From the NCBI GenBank assembly GCA_963745025.1, contig CAVUWD010000011.1, positions 480,001 through 544,000 on the forward strand: a stretch of 64,000 nt of DNA, written 5' to 3'. Numbering within the stretch: the stretch's first letter is position 1; the number at the start of each line of letters is the position of its first letter. Of this stretch, positions 11,201 through 20,772 are shown piece by piece. The translations under genes were made by a program, and so were the position numbers. The stretch is from an uncultured delta proteobacterium (lineage in GTDB: Bacteria > Desulfobacterota > Binatia > JACPRU01). The notes beneath the pieces were generated by a model. The model was not told the DNA's origin and did not search any database. It saw nothing but the letters and a program-made list of their open reading frames with translations.

Positions 11201-11621
11201 GACGGTCGTCGGCCGCGACGTCCCGGGCAGGACCGGCACGCCGCAGCGCTCGGCGAGCGCCCGCGCCCGCCCTTGTCGCCGAAGAGCTCGAGCAGCTCCG
11301 CGCGCGGCCCGACGAAGCGGATCCCCGCCTCGGCGCAGCGCGCGCGAAGGCCGCGTTCTCCGCGAGGAAGCCGTAGCCGGGATGGATCGCGTCGCAGCCG
11401 GCCTCGCGCGCCACGGCGACGATCTGCTCGACGTCGAGGTAGGCGGCGGCGCCGCTTCCCCGCAGCGGCCGCGCCTCGTCGGCCCGGCGGACGTGCAGGC
11501 AACGCGCGTCGTCCTCGGAGAAGACCGCGACGGTGCGCATGCCGAGGTCGGCCGCCGCCCGCAGGATGCGGATGGCGATCTCGCCGCGGTTCGCGACCAG
11601 AAGGCTCTTCGGACGGCTCAA
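8201..11621 (-). pseudogene. Single-chain acyl-CoA carboxylase (biotin carboxylase-BCCP-carboxyltransferase), many frameshifts
   Basis: [47 protein letters not shown] (biotin Lys), DYTVLAGTQG and RKGYGLGA motifs spread over many frames; ends KKRPCIDTW*. Pseudogene or local sequence error. Confidence 0.8.
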
Positions 11622-11749
11622 CGTCTGTACTCTAGCGAGCTTCCCTAGGGACTCCAACGAGGGGCTAGCTTGTGGACTAGAACCTCGCCCGAACCCGGGA
11701 GACCGTACGGAGGATCGCGACCAACGGGAGCGATCTGTGACCGAGGCTC

Positions 11750-12262
11750 CTAGACGTCCCCGATCGGACGGTCGCGCGCGAGCTCGCGCATCGTCGTCAG
11801 CGCGAAGGCGGCGAGCGTGTCTTCGGGATCGAAGAAGCGCGTCTCGACGAAGTTCGTGCGGCCGCGCCGCTTGACGAGCCGGCTCTCCATGAGGAACTCG
11901 GGGCCGACGATCGGCTCGAAGAAGTCGACTCGCAGATTGGTCGTCGCGAGCCAGGTGCGAAAGCGCTCCTCCACCCGCGACTCGCCCGCGCGCACGGTGA
12001 AGAGAGCCACGAGGTCGACGTAGGTCGGCGTGAAGCCGCCGAAGAGCTGGCCGCGCGGGTTGCGGACGTGGTGCGGCAGATGCGCACGGATCTTCAAGAA
12101 CCCCTGGCTCTCCTCGAGGACCTTCCACTCGTGGGCCTGCAAGAAATCGCCGGCCGGATGACCCTTGCCGAGGAGCTGGCCCGGTTTGCGGGAGGCCCAC
12201 GCGCGGAGGAACGCCGGCTGCTCGGGCTTCACGCTGCTCATGAAGGGATCGAGTCGGGGCAT
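11750..12262 (-). CDS. PaaI-family hotdog thioesterase
   Basis: [10 protein letters not shown]...[13 protein letters not shown] and RGRT hotdog-fold motifs; 170 aa. Confidence 0.8.
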   Translation of the reverse strand: MPRLDPFMSSVKPEQPAFLRAWASRKPGQLLGKGHPAGDFLQAHEWKVLEESQGFLKIRAHLPHHVRNPRGQLFGGFTPTYVDLVALFTVRAGESRVEERFRTWLATTNLRVDFFEPIVGPEFLMESRLVKRRGRTNFVETRFFDPEDTLAAFALTTMRELARDRPIGDV

Positions 12263-12346
12263 GACGGGCGCACACTCTACCTGCGTGCGGCGCGGAGTCT
12301 AGGGCCGCTTGACTTCGCGCCCCCGAGGGCGGAGGCAATCCCCCGC

Positions 12347-13366
12347 GTGAAGCCCGTATCGTTCGAGACGCTCCGGCGGCAGGCCGCGACCCTCCAGGTC
12401 GCGGAGCGATTCTTCGACTCGGCGGTCCTCTTCGCTCTGTTCGAGCTCGGCATCTTCGCCGCGCTCGCGAGCGGGCGAAAGACGCTCGACGACCTGCAGC
12501 AACAGACCCGCGGGGACCGCGACACGCTCGAGGCGATCCTCGACGCCGCGGTCGCTCTGCGGGTGCTGTCGCGGAAGGATGGGGCGTACGAGGCGAGCGG
12601 CGTGCTCCTCGATTGCCTGGGACGTGCCGGCTCGCCTCAGTACGTCGGCGAGTGGATCTCGTGGCTGCATGCCGTCGCGCCCTCGCTGATGCGCTTGGCC
12701 TGGTCCGTGCGGTCCGCAGAGCCGGGAATCGCCGCCGACCTCGGCCCGGGCGACGGCATGCTCGATCGCATCCGTACGCGCGCCATGGACGTCTATGCCC
12801 GCACGCACGCTCCGGAGTTGGCGGAGCGGATCGACTTCTCCGCGACGAATACGCTGCTCGATCTCGGCTGCGGATCGGGCGCCTATTCGTTCGCGATCGT
12901 GGAGCGGCATCCCAAGGTCTCTGCCACCCTGCTCGACGTCCCGGAGGTCATCGCCGAGGCGCGCGCGATCGCCACCGGCCGCGGGCTCGCCGAACGCTTG
13001 GACTTCATCGCGGGCGACGCCCTGACGTGCAAGCTCGGCCGATCGTTCGACGCCGTCCTCGTCTCGAACGTCCTCCACATGCTCGGCGAGGCGGGCTCTC
13101 GCACGCTCCTGCGCCACTGCCACGAGCTCTTGCGGCCGGGCGGTCGGATCGTCGTCCAAGGACAGTTCCTCGACGAGGACCGCGCGTCGCCACGCTGGGC
13201 GACGCTGCTCAACTTGATTCTCCGTGCCGTGACGAGGGAGGGCCGGAACCACAGCGCGGCCGAGGGCTTGGCGTGGCTCCGCGAGGCTGGCTTCGCGGAG
13301 GCGCACCACGTTCGCTTCTCCCCCTGGAACGCGAACAGCGCCTTGGTGGGTAGCCGAGCGAATTGA
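12347..13366 (+). CDS. SAM-dependent methyltransferase (O-methyltransferase type with dimerisation domain)
   Basis: N-terminal ALFELGIF winged-helix; [22 protein letters not shown] motifs. Confidence 0.85.
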   Translation: MKPVSFETLRRQAATLQVAERFFDSAVLFALFELGIFAALASGRKTLDDLQQQTRGDRDTLEAILDAAVALRVLSRKDGAYEASGVLLDCLGRAGSPQYVGEWISWLHAVAPSLMRLAWSVRSAEPGIAADLGPGDGMLDRIRTRAMDVYARTHAPELAERIDFSATNTLLDLGCGSGAYSFAIVERHPKVSATLLDVPEVIAEARAIATGRGLAERLDFIAGDALTCKLGRSFDAVLVSNVLHMLGEAGSRTLLRHCHELLRPGGRIVVQGQFLDEDRASPRWATLLNLILRAVTREGRNHSAAEGLAWLREAGFAEAHHVRFSPWNANSALVGSRAN

Positions 13367-13415
13367 CGATCGCCGAGAAGTCGTGCAGCAAGCGGCGCGA
13401 AGGAGTCGAAGCATC

Positions 13416-14753
13416 ATGCCGATCAAGCCGGAGTTCGACGTTGGGATCATCGGAGGCGGGCCGGCCGGCTCGGCAGCCGCAGGCTATCTCGCCAAGGCAG
13501 GCGTTCGCTGCGTCGTGTTCGAGCGCGAAATCTTTCCGAGGCCTCACGTCGGCGAGTCGTTCGTCCCCTCGACGACGAGGGTGCTGCGGGATCTCGGCTT
13601 CATCGATCAGATGGAGAACGCGAAGTTCCCCAGAAAGTACGGCGCGGCCTGGACCAGCAGCGCGCAGGCCACCTACAGCCACGACTTCCAGGATCTGCCC
13701 ACCGACTACAACGTCGACGTGCGCTTCGAGGAACGGGAGCAGCCGGGGGTGGACCGGAATTACACGTACCACGTGGACCGCGGGCTCTTCGACATGATGT
13801 TACTGCGCCACGCGAGCACCCTCGGCGCCGACGTTCGGGAAGGCGTCCATGTGGGTCAAATCGACTGCGAAGGCGATCCGTTTCCCGTCATCACCGCGAC
13901 GACCGACGGGAAAGAGTTCCGCACGTCGGTTCGCGTGGTGCTCGACGCGAGCGGCCGTCACACGACCCTCGGCTCGCAGCTCCGGTTGAAGGTGACCGAC
14001 CCCGTATTCAACCAGTTCGCGATCCACACCTGGTTCGAGGATTTCGACCGCGGATCGGGACCGAAGGCCGATTACATCTTCATTCACTTCCTCCCGGTCA
14101 CCAATAGCTGGGTCTGGCAGATTCCCATCACCACGACCGTGACGAGCTTCGGCGTGGTGACGCAGAAGCACAACTTCGCCAAGTCTCGCGCCTCGCGCGA
14201 ACAGTTCTTCTGGGACTGCGTCGCCAGCCGGCCCGAGCTTCTCGAAAAGCTCCGTCAGTCGCGTCAGGTCCGGCCGTGGAAGGAAGAGGGCGATTACAGC
14301 TACGCGATGAAGCAGATCTGCGGCAACGGATTCGCGCTCATCGGAGATGCCGCTCGGTTCGTCGACCCGATCTTCTCGAGCGGGGTGTCGATCGCCATGA
14401 ACAGCGCGCGGCTGGTCGCCGCGGACGTGCTTCGCGGGCTCGAGCGCGGCGGACCGTTCACCCGCGAGAGCTTCCGCGAGTTCGAGGCGACCATGCGCCG
14501 CGGGACCAACAACTGGTACAAGTTCATCACGCTCTACTACCGCCTGAACGTGCTGTTCACGTACTTCGTGTCGAACCCGAAGTACCGCACGCAGGTGATT
14601 CAGCTGCTCCAGGGAGATCTCTACGACGAGGACGAGCCACCGGTGCTGACGAAGATGCGCGAGCTCGCCAAGACCGTCGAAGACAACGAGAACCACATCT
14701 GGCACTCGATGCTCGGCACGCTGACGGCGAACGCGTTTCGGCCGGCGTTCTAG
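13416..14753 (+). CDS. Flavin-dependent halogenase, carrier-protein-tethered type (PltA/CndH/Bmp2-like)
   Basis: GGGPAG FAD motif, FPRPHVGES, Lys in FPRKYG at the catalytic position, WVWQIP (WxWxIP) and GDAARFVDPIFSSGV. Confidence 0.85.
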   Translation: MPIKPEFDVGIIGGGPAGSAAAGYLAKAGVRCVVFEREIFPRPHVGESFVPSTTRVLRDLGFIDQMENAKFPRKYGAAWTSSAQATYSHDFQDLPTDYNVDVRFEEREQPGVDRNYTYHVDRGLFDMMLLRHASTLGADVREGVHVGQIDCEGDPFPVITATTDGKEFRTSVRVVLDASGRHTTLGSQLRLKVTDPVFNQFAIHTWFEDFDRGSGPKADYIFIHFLPVTNSWVWQIPITTTVTSFGVVTQKHNFAKSRASREQFFWDCVASRPELLEKLRQSRQVRPWKEEGDYSYAMKQICGNGFALIGDAARFVDPIFSSGVSIAMNSARLVAADVLRGLERGGPFTRESFREFEATMRRGTNNWYKFITLYYRLNVLFTYFVSNPKYRTQVIQLLQGDLYDEDEPPVLTKMRELAKTVEDNENHIWHSMLGTLTANAFRPAF

Positions 14754-14782
14754 CCTGAAGCGAACGTACTTGGAGCGATCGC

Positions 14783-14910
14783 GCACACGGGCCCGGACCC
14801 GACTTGGACGCACACGAGCTCTTCCTCGGAGCCGCGGATGCCTCCAAGGACGACCCCCGCGACTCCCCTGGCGTTCGCGAACGTGTCCGAGTCGGGTGCG
14901 GGCTTCGTGC
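14783..14910. repeat. Imperfect ~28-bp inverted repeat between convergent genes
   Basis: GCACACGGGCCCGGACCCGACTTGGACGC versus GTGTCCGAGTCGGGTGCGGGCTTCGTGC; the core motif recurs at ~31266-31283. Confidence 0.5.
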
Positions 14911-14941
14911 ACTCCGCGGGCGAGACTATTTCCGGTCGAGC

Positions 14942-16087
14942 CTAGAGACCGAGCTTCGTCGCGATGATGTGTCGCTGGATCTCGGAGGTGCCGGAATAGA
15001 GCGTGCCGCCGATCGCGTCGCGGAGCTCTCGCTCGTAGGGTAGCGCGGTCGTGTAGCCGTATCCGCCGTGGATCTGAATCGCGTCGAGGCACGACTCGAC
15101 GAACGCTTCCGAGACGTAGAGCTTGGCCATCGCCGATTCGAGCTCCGCGCTCCGCCCTTGCTCCTTCAACGATCCGACACGGTAGACCAGCGGCCGCGCA
15201 GTCTCGAGGCGAAGCTTCATGGCGACGATGCGGTTCGCGACCGACTGGAACTTGCCGATTGCCTGTCCGAACTGCTTTCTCCGCTGGGCGTGCACGATGC
15301 ATTCCTCGAGCTGCCGTCGCATGGTACCGAGGCAGCTCGCGAGAATGCATCCGCGCTCCCACTCCATCGAGGAGTGAAACACCTCCGCACCTCGCCCTTC
15401 GCGGCCGAGACGGTTCTCCACAGGCACGCGAACATCCTCGAAGGTGACCTCGGCCATCGGCGAGGTCCTGAGACCCGTCTTGTCGATCGGGCTCCGCACG
15501 GTGACGCCCGGCGTGGAACGCTCGACGAGAAACGTCGAGATGCCCAGGACTCCACGCGCGGGGTCGGCCGTGGCGTACGTCAGGAACAGGTCGGCGACGG
15601 GCGCGTTGCTGACGAAGGTCTTGGCGCCGTTCAGCGCGTAGCCGTCGCCGTCGCGGACGGCGCGCGTGCGGAGCGCGAACACGTCCGACCCCGCGTCCGC
15701 TTCGCTCGCGGCGTTCGCGCCGATGGACGTGCCGTCCGAGAGTCCGCGAAGATATCGCTCCTTCTGCGCGCTCGTGCCGTGGAGCAGGATCGGCATCGAC
15801 ACGCTCCAAAGGTGCGCGTTGATCGAGAAGAGCAGGCCGTGGTCTCTGCAGGCGTAACCGAGTCCCTCCATCACGGCAATCGTCGCGAGCGGTCCCTCTC
15901 CCCGTCCGCCGTACTCGGGTGGGATCGGCAGACCGTGAACGCCGAACTCCGCGCAAGCGCGCCAACCTTCGCGCGAGAACGTGCCCGACCGATCCGCGGC
16001 GGAGACGTCGAAGGTCAACCGGCTGCGCGCGAACGCGATGGCCGCCCGCTGCAGCTCCTCGTGCTCGGGGCTCAGGCCGAAGAGCAT
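14942..16087 (-). CDS. Acyl-CoA dehydrogenase family, probably L-prolyl-PCP dehydrogenase (PltE/RedW-like)
   Basis: ACAD motifs (SEADAGSD, GAKTFVSNAP, QIHGGYGY) plus GLLFSINAHLW, MEWERGC and YSGTSEIQR as in prolyl-PCP oxidases; overlaps the A-domain gene. Confidence 0.8.
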   Translation of the reverse strand: MLFGLSPEHEELQRAAIAFARSRLTFDVSAADRSGTFSREGWRACAEFGVHGLPIPPEYGGRGEGPLATIAVMEGLGYACRDHGLLFSINAHLWSVSMPILLHGTSAQKERYLRGLSDGTSIGANAASEADAGSDVFALRTRAVRDGDGYALNGAKTFVSNAPVADLFLTYATADPARGVLGISTFLVERSTPGVTVRSPIDKTGLRTSPMAEVTFEDVRVPVENRLGREGRGAEVFHSSMEWERGCILASCLGTMRRQLEECIVHAQRRKQFGQAIGKFQSVANRIVAMKLRLETARPLVYRVGSLKEQGRSAELESAMAKLYVSEAFVESCLDAIQIHGGYGYTTALPYERELRDAIGGTLYSGTSEIQRHIIATKLGL

Positions 16088-17664
16088 CGTTCGATCATTA
16101 CCCCACGCCGCTCGTCGGCTTCGAGTCGGCGGTAATCGACCTTGCCCGTCGACGTGCGCGGTAGTGCATCGGCAAAGGCGAAGTGGTCGGGAATCATGTA
16201 GTCGGGCAATACGTCCGCACAGAAGCGCTTGAGCTCGATCACCGACGGACGAGGCTTGCGAGACAGTCCGAGAAACGCCTTCACGCGAAGACCGTCGACG
16301 TCGTCGGCAAGCGCGATCACCGCCGCCTCGCGAACCACCGGATGACGATGAAGGGCCGCTTCGATCTCGCCGAGCTCGACACGATACCCGCGACGCTTCA
16401 CCATCCGGTCCCGCCGGCCGAGAAACTGGTACTCTCCCTCGCCGTTCTCCACGACGACGTCGCCGGTCCGGTACCATCGCTCGCCCGGGGCCATCTCGAG
16501 AAAGGCTCGCTCCGTCTCCCCCGGCCGGTTCCAGTAGCCGAGCATCACCGTGGGCCCGCGCACGCACAGCTCGCCTTCCGAGCCGGCAGGCACGGGGCGA
16601 CCGCTTGCGTCGACGACGATCGTGCGGAGATGCGAGCAGGCTCGTCCGATCGGGTAAGGCCGAGCGCGATCCTCGGGAATCGTCGGCGGGATCTCGAACG
16701 CGGTACAGACGTTGGTCTCGGTCGGCCCGTAGAGGTTGAAGTACCGGGGCGCTGGCCAGAGCGACTGTAGCGCGCGCAGAGGCACGACCGGGAATACCTC
16801 TCCGGCGAAGAGCACCAGACGCAAATCGGGATAGCGCCGGCGCGCGAGCTTGCCGTACCTCGCGAGCAAGGCGAGCACCGAAGGAACGGAGTACCAAACC
16901 GAGATCCGCCGCTCGGCGATGAGCGCCGCCAGCCGCAGCGGCTCCTTCCCCGTGGCGTCGCTGATCAACACGACGCGCGCGCCGTGGCGGATCGCGACGT
17001 AGAGATCGAAGGCAGACAAGTCGAAATGCAGGGGCGCGTGCGACGAGAAGCAATCGGCGGACGTGGGGTGGAACGTCTGCGAAGCCCAGTCGACGAAGCT
17101 CAAGGCGGCGGCGTGCGAGATCATCACGCCTTTCGGCGTCCCCGTCGACCCCGACGTATAGAGGACGTAGGCGGGCTCACCGGGGTGAGCGTCCACGGCG
17201 TCAAGCGCGGGCGGGCGGCCAGTTCGAGGGCTCTCTGCCAGGGCTTTCCGCAGACCGTCGCCGCGACCCACGTCGTCGAGCGTGACCACGGACGCCTCCG
17301 CGAGATCCTCGCGGAGCGGATCGGCGGATCGGCGCTCGAGCACGGCCGCGCTCACCCGAGCGTCCCTGACGATCGCGCGGTTTCGCTCGGCCGGTGCGCT
17401 CGGGTTCAGGGGCAAGTACGCGGCACCCACCTTCATCGCGGCGAAAATGGCGGCGACGGCGTCGATCGACTTCGGTACGCAGACGGCCACACGATCTCCG
17501 CGCCGTACTCCGAGCCGCCGAAGCGCCTCGCCGGCCGCGTCCGCGAGCGCCGCGAGCTCGTCGTACGTGATCGAGGCACCGCCTTCCTCTTCGAGGGCAA
17601 CTCGGGCCGGCCAAGCTTCGGCGGCACGCCACAGGAGCTCGTGCAGGAGCCGAATCTCAGCCAT
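16072..17664 (-). CDS. Stand-alone amino-acid adenylation enzyme, proline-type (PltF/RedM-like)
   Basis: YTSGSTGTPKG, FDLS, NLYGPTETNVC, YRTGD, PRTSTGK. Specificity residues read by eye as DLFYLALVCK. Confidence 0.85.
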   Translation of the reverse strand: MAEIRLLHELLWRAAEAWPARVALEEEGGASITYDELAALADAAGEALRRLGVRRGDRVAVCVPKSIDAVAAIFAAMKVGAAYLPLNPSAPAERNRAIVRDARVSAAVLERRSADPLREDLAEASVVTLDDVGRGDGLRKALAESPRTGRPPALDAVDAHPGEPAYVLYTSGSTGTPKGVMISHAAALSFVDWASQTFHPTSADCFSSHAPLHFDLSAFDLYVAIRHGARVVLISDATGKEPLRLAALIAERRISVWYSVPSVLALLARYGKLARRRYPDLRLVLFAGEVFPVVPLRALQSLWPAPRYFNLYGPTETNVCTAFEIPPTIPEDRARPYPIGRACSHLRTIVVDASGRPVPAGSEGELCVRGPTVMLGYWNRPGETERAFLEMAPGERWYRTGDVVVENGEGEYQFLGRRDRMVKRRGYRVELGEIEAALHRHPVVREAAVIALADDVDGLRVKAFLGLSRKPRPSVIELKRFCADVLPDYMIPDHFAFADALPRTSTGKVDYRRLEADERRGVMIERCSSA

Positions 17665-17941
17665 GGGTCGAGCGAAGCTTCGAATGCACGAAGCGAACGA
17701 TTCGTCCGATCGAGTCCAGATTGTCGAAGTCCGCCTCGTGGGCTTCGACCTCGAATCCAAATCGAGTCTCCAAGAAGCCGACGAGCTTCAGGGCCGCGAT
17801 CGAATCGAGGATCTTTCCGCTGATGAGCAGAGTGTCCTCACCGAGCTCCGAGGGATCTTCGCCGGGCAGAAATTCCGTCAGAATGAAGCTCTTCACGGCT
17901 TCGCCGATCTCGCTGTCCACGGGGGTAGACGGATCGTTCAT
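17657..17941 (-). CDS. Acyl/peptidyl carrier protein (PltL/DltC-like)
   Basis: 94 aa acidic protein with ILDSI phosphopantetheine-attachment Ser; overlaps both neighbours. Confidence 0.85.
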   Translation of the reverse strand: MNDPSTPVDSEIGEAVKSFILTEFLPGEDPSELGEDTLLISGKILDSIAALKLVGFLETRFGFEVEAHEADFDNLDSIGRIVRFVHSKLRSTHG

Positions 17942-20430
17942 TGCCCCTCCAGCGCCTGCCGAAATCCGGGACGGAGCAGATCGATTCCGCCCCGCTCGAG
18001 GATCTCGGCGTACAGTCTATCCGCGATCATGCGATGCCCCTCGGCGTTCGGGTGGAAGTCCCAATCTGTGAGCCTCAAGCCCGCGAGGTCTCGTCCGTCG
18101 AACAGCCCTTCGAGGTTCATCGCGACGAAGCCGGGCGGCGGATGCGGAGCCGGCATGGATGCCGTTCGCGGATCCAGCGACGGCAACCATGCCCACAACG
18201 GCAGCACACCCCGTTCCGCACACTGCTTGGCGATCGTATCGTCGACCCATGAGAGCAAGGTTTGCGCGCGCGGTCGAAGCCGTCGCAGCATCTCCGCCTC
18301 CGACATCCCCTTGCGAACGCCCGCCTGCTGCAGAAGTTCGCGTACGAACGGGTACGGCGGCCAACTGTCGCGCTCGGTCGCGAGCCGCAAGTCGTGAATC
18401 TCCATCAGGAGGTCGCCGGCCTGGGCGACGTGCAGAACCGCATCCGGTTCGAAGGCGAATGCCTTGAGCTCGAGGCTCATGAGCCTCTGCAGCGGACCGT
18501 AGCCGCCGACCGCGAAGTTGAGGATCTCGTAGCGGAGCCCACTTCGCGCGCCGAGCTCGCGGTTGAGACGTTCCTCGAGTAGCGTCTCGAACGTCTCGTC
18601 GTCCCCGACGCCGCTTCCCATGACGAAGGAGCCGCCGAGCAGCGCGATTCGATACGTCCCTCTTGGCTTGCTGCGGCTGTACTCTCGATCTCGCATCCCC
18701 CAGCCGTTCGTGTGGAGACGAGCACCCTTGAAGACGAGGTTCGCAAATGGGATCAGCTCGTGCCCTCGATAGTCCCTCGTCGGGCCCCATAGCGGGGTCT
18801 TCCCCCAACCAGGAGACCGTTTGAGCGTGAGCTCCCAGAGCTGCGAGTTGAAGCGGTCCGCGTTCATCAAGTCCTCGTAATAGCCTCGTTGCAGCCTGGC
18901 GAGGTCGACCCGGTTCAGCGATACGGAGCGCAGCGGCGCCATCGCTTCATCGAGCGGCGGAGCGAAGGCTCGGCACACTTCGGGTGATCCGGCCAGAGCC
19001 AGCACCAGCAGCGTGACCGAGGTGACGCCCGCGGCGTTCCAGAAGGAAGACGCCCCCTGCAAATGCCGATCCGAGGCCACCGCGCTGCGCGCCGCCGTCG
19101 CTTCCGGGATTGTGCTCGCGACAGCCAACAGGGCGGTGCCGATCACCACGCCGACCGGCCCCATCAGCCGAGAAGCCGTCTCCCCCGCCCAGCCGTTACC
19201 CAGCACGGACCAAACCGCAATCCATTCCTCGAGGGAATCGCTCGTCCAGAGCGACCAAAGGATGGAGATGCCGACGAACGTGGCGGCGACCCTCGCCGCG
19301 CGCACCGCGAGGAGCCTCGGCCGGCTGATGATGACGGCGTCGCCCCTCGGCTCCTTGCGACGAAACTCTGCAAGCGTCGCAGCCGTCATCAGGATGGCGA
19401 GAATCGTCCAGAAGACCCCGTCCTGCCAACGCAGCGGGAACGATCCCTCGATCCAGAACCATTGGCAGGCATGCAGAAACCAAGTCATCACCACTACGTA
19501 GACCGTCGACAGCACGAGCGCCGCGGCCGCGCCGCGACGGCGAAGCCGAAAGTAGGCGGGGTAGAAGAAGAGCTTCAGCATGAAGTCCTTCCAGTAAATG
19601 TTGATCCGCCGCCAGAAGTCGCCGACGCCTGTCGAGAGAAAGTAGCGGTGGTGGGTCTCGGGAAGTGCGAAGCCGAAAAGATGCAGCATCCCGACGACCA
19701 CGTGAAAGATGCCCGAGACCCGCATGTAGAGGGCGAAGCTCGTCACCACGAAGCGCGCGAGGTCCCAAACGGACGTGACCTCCGAGGGGGGGATCGTCGC
19801 GTAGAGATAAACCGCCCGGTAGAGCACGAGGTGTACGATTCCCCGGCTGATCCATTGGAGGCCGACCTGCGCGTTCCAATCCGGGTCGTCCTGAAGATGT
19901 GTACGCCGGAAGGTCTTGAAATCGACCACCGGGAAGAGCGCGAAGCAGACGTTCGGCAACAGAAAGAAGTACCCGAGCGCGTAGCCGGGCGACCACGCGA
20001 AGCGTTCGTGGCGGAGGTCGTAGAAGTAGATCAGGGTGCGAAAGACGAACATCGATCCGAGGACCGGGAGGACGGCGGCCTCGAAGGGTAGCGGCAGCCA
20101 CTCGAGTCGAAGTGCCGCGAGAGCTCCACAGGCGACGACCAATAACGCTCCACGGATCCGGAAGGACAGAGGGAGATGACAAATTGCGAGAACCGCCAAA
20201 CCGATTGCCACGACCCACGTGCCGGCCCAAGCGCCCAGCACGAGGTAGATCGCGCAAATCGACAGAGTGACGAAAAAGCCGAGTCGAAGCCGAGCCGGTA
20301 GAACGGCGTGCACCGCCGCGCCCGCCAGCGCGGCCATGGACGTGCGGACGAACGCCGTCCCGCCGATCTCGAACTGGCGGATGACGAGCGCCGCGACCCC
20401 GAGCTCGACGCAAAGCGCGAGCCGCTTCAC
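17938..20430 (-). CDS. MBOAT (AlgI/DltB-like) membrane acyltransferase fused to a C-terminal SGNH domain
   Basis: Multi-TM N-half with DFWRRINIYWKDF and TWFLH. C-half has LGGSFVMG, NFAVGGYG and DFHPNAEGH (SGNH blocks). Start may extend to 20556. Confidence 0.8.
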   Translation of the reverse strand: MKRLALCVELGVAALVIRQFEIGGTAFVRTSMAALAGAAVHAVLPARLRLGFFVTLSICAIYLVLGAWAGTWVVAIGLAVLAICHLPLSFRIRGALLVVACGALAALRLEWLPLPFEAAVLPVLGSMFVFRTLIYFYDLRHERFAWSPGYALGYFFLLPNVCFALFPVVDFKTFRRTHLQDDPDWNAQVGLQWISRGIVHLVLYRAVYLYATIPPSEVTSVWDLARFVVTSFALYMRVSGIFHVVVGMLHLFGFALPETHHRYFLSTGVGDFWRRINIYWKDFMLKLFFYPAYFRLRRRGAAAALVLSTVYVVVMTWFLHACQWFWIEGSFPLRWQDGVFWTILAILMTAATLAEFRRKEPRGDAVIISRPRLLAVRAARVAATFVGISILWSLWTSDSLEEWIAVWSVLGNGWAGETASRLMGPVGVVIGTALLAVASTIPEATAARSAVASDRHLQGASSFWNAAGVTSVTLLVLALAGSPEVCRAFAPPLDEAMAPLRSVSLNRVDLARLQRGYYEDLMNADRFNSQLWELTLKRSPGWGKTPLWGPTRDYRGHELIPFANLVFKGARLHTNGWGMRDREYSRSKPRGTYRIALLGGSFVMGSGVGDDETFETLLEERLNRELGARSGLRYEILNFAVGGYGPLQRLMSLELKAFAFEPDAVLHVAQAGDLLMEIHDLRLATERDSWPPYPFVRELLQQAGVRKGMSEAEMLRRLRPRAQTLLSWVDDTIAKQCAERGVLPLWAWLPSLDPRTASMPAPHPPPGFVAMNLEGLFDGRDLAGLRLTDWDFHPNAEGHRMIADRLYAEILERGGIDLLRPGFRQALEGQ

Positions 20431-20772
20431 GCTAGGCGAGACGGCGATGTCCCATTGCAGTCCTGCCGACCGCGCCGACTGCAGAGTGAGGGTCGGCCAT
20501 GTCGATGTGCCTCTAATTCGTAGTTCGTCCGGCACGCGATATACGACTCGACACAAGCGCCCGTCATCTCACAGGCCGGTGGCCGCGCGGACCTTCTTAT
20601 TCGAACGATAGGCCGCCTGCAAGCAGGGCCGCGGCGCAAAGGTCGCTGCGATCGCGCTGGAGGCCAGTGTTGCTCGACGCGCGCGGCAGGAACGCGATCG
20701 TCGCAGCTGTCAGCTGCTGCTTGCGGGGGACCGGACCATTGCCTATCTAATTCGGGCGGGGAATCGGGATTC

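Noticed and set aside
11631-11682. CTAG-rich imperfect palindrome
   Set aside because: Single copy with weak pairing; cannot be assigned a function.
16072-20430. Canonical dltABCD operon
   Set aside because: The A-domain residues match the proline-type code, an ACAD is coupled to it, and the SGNH domain is fused to the MBOAT.
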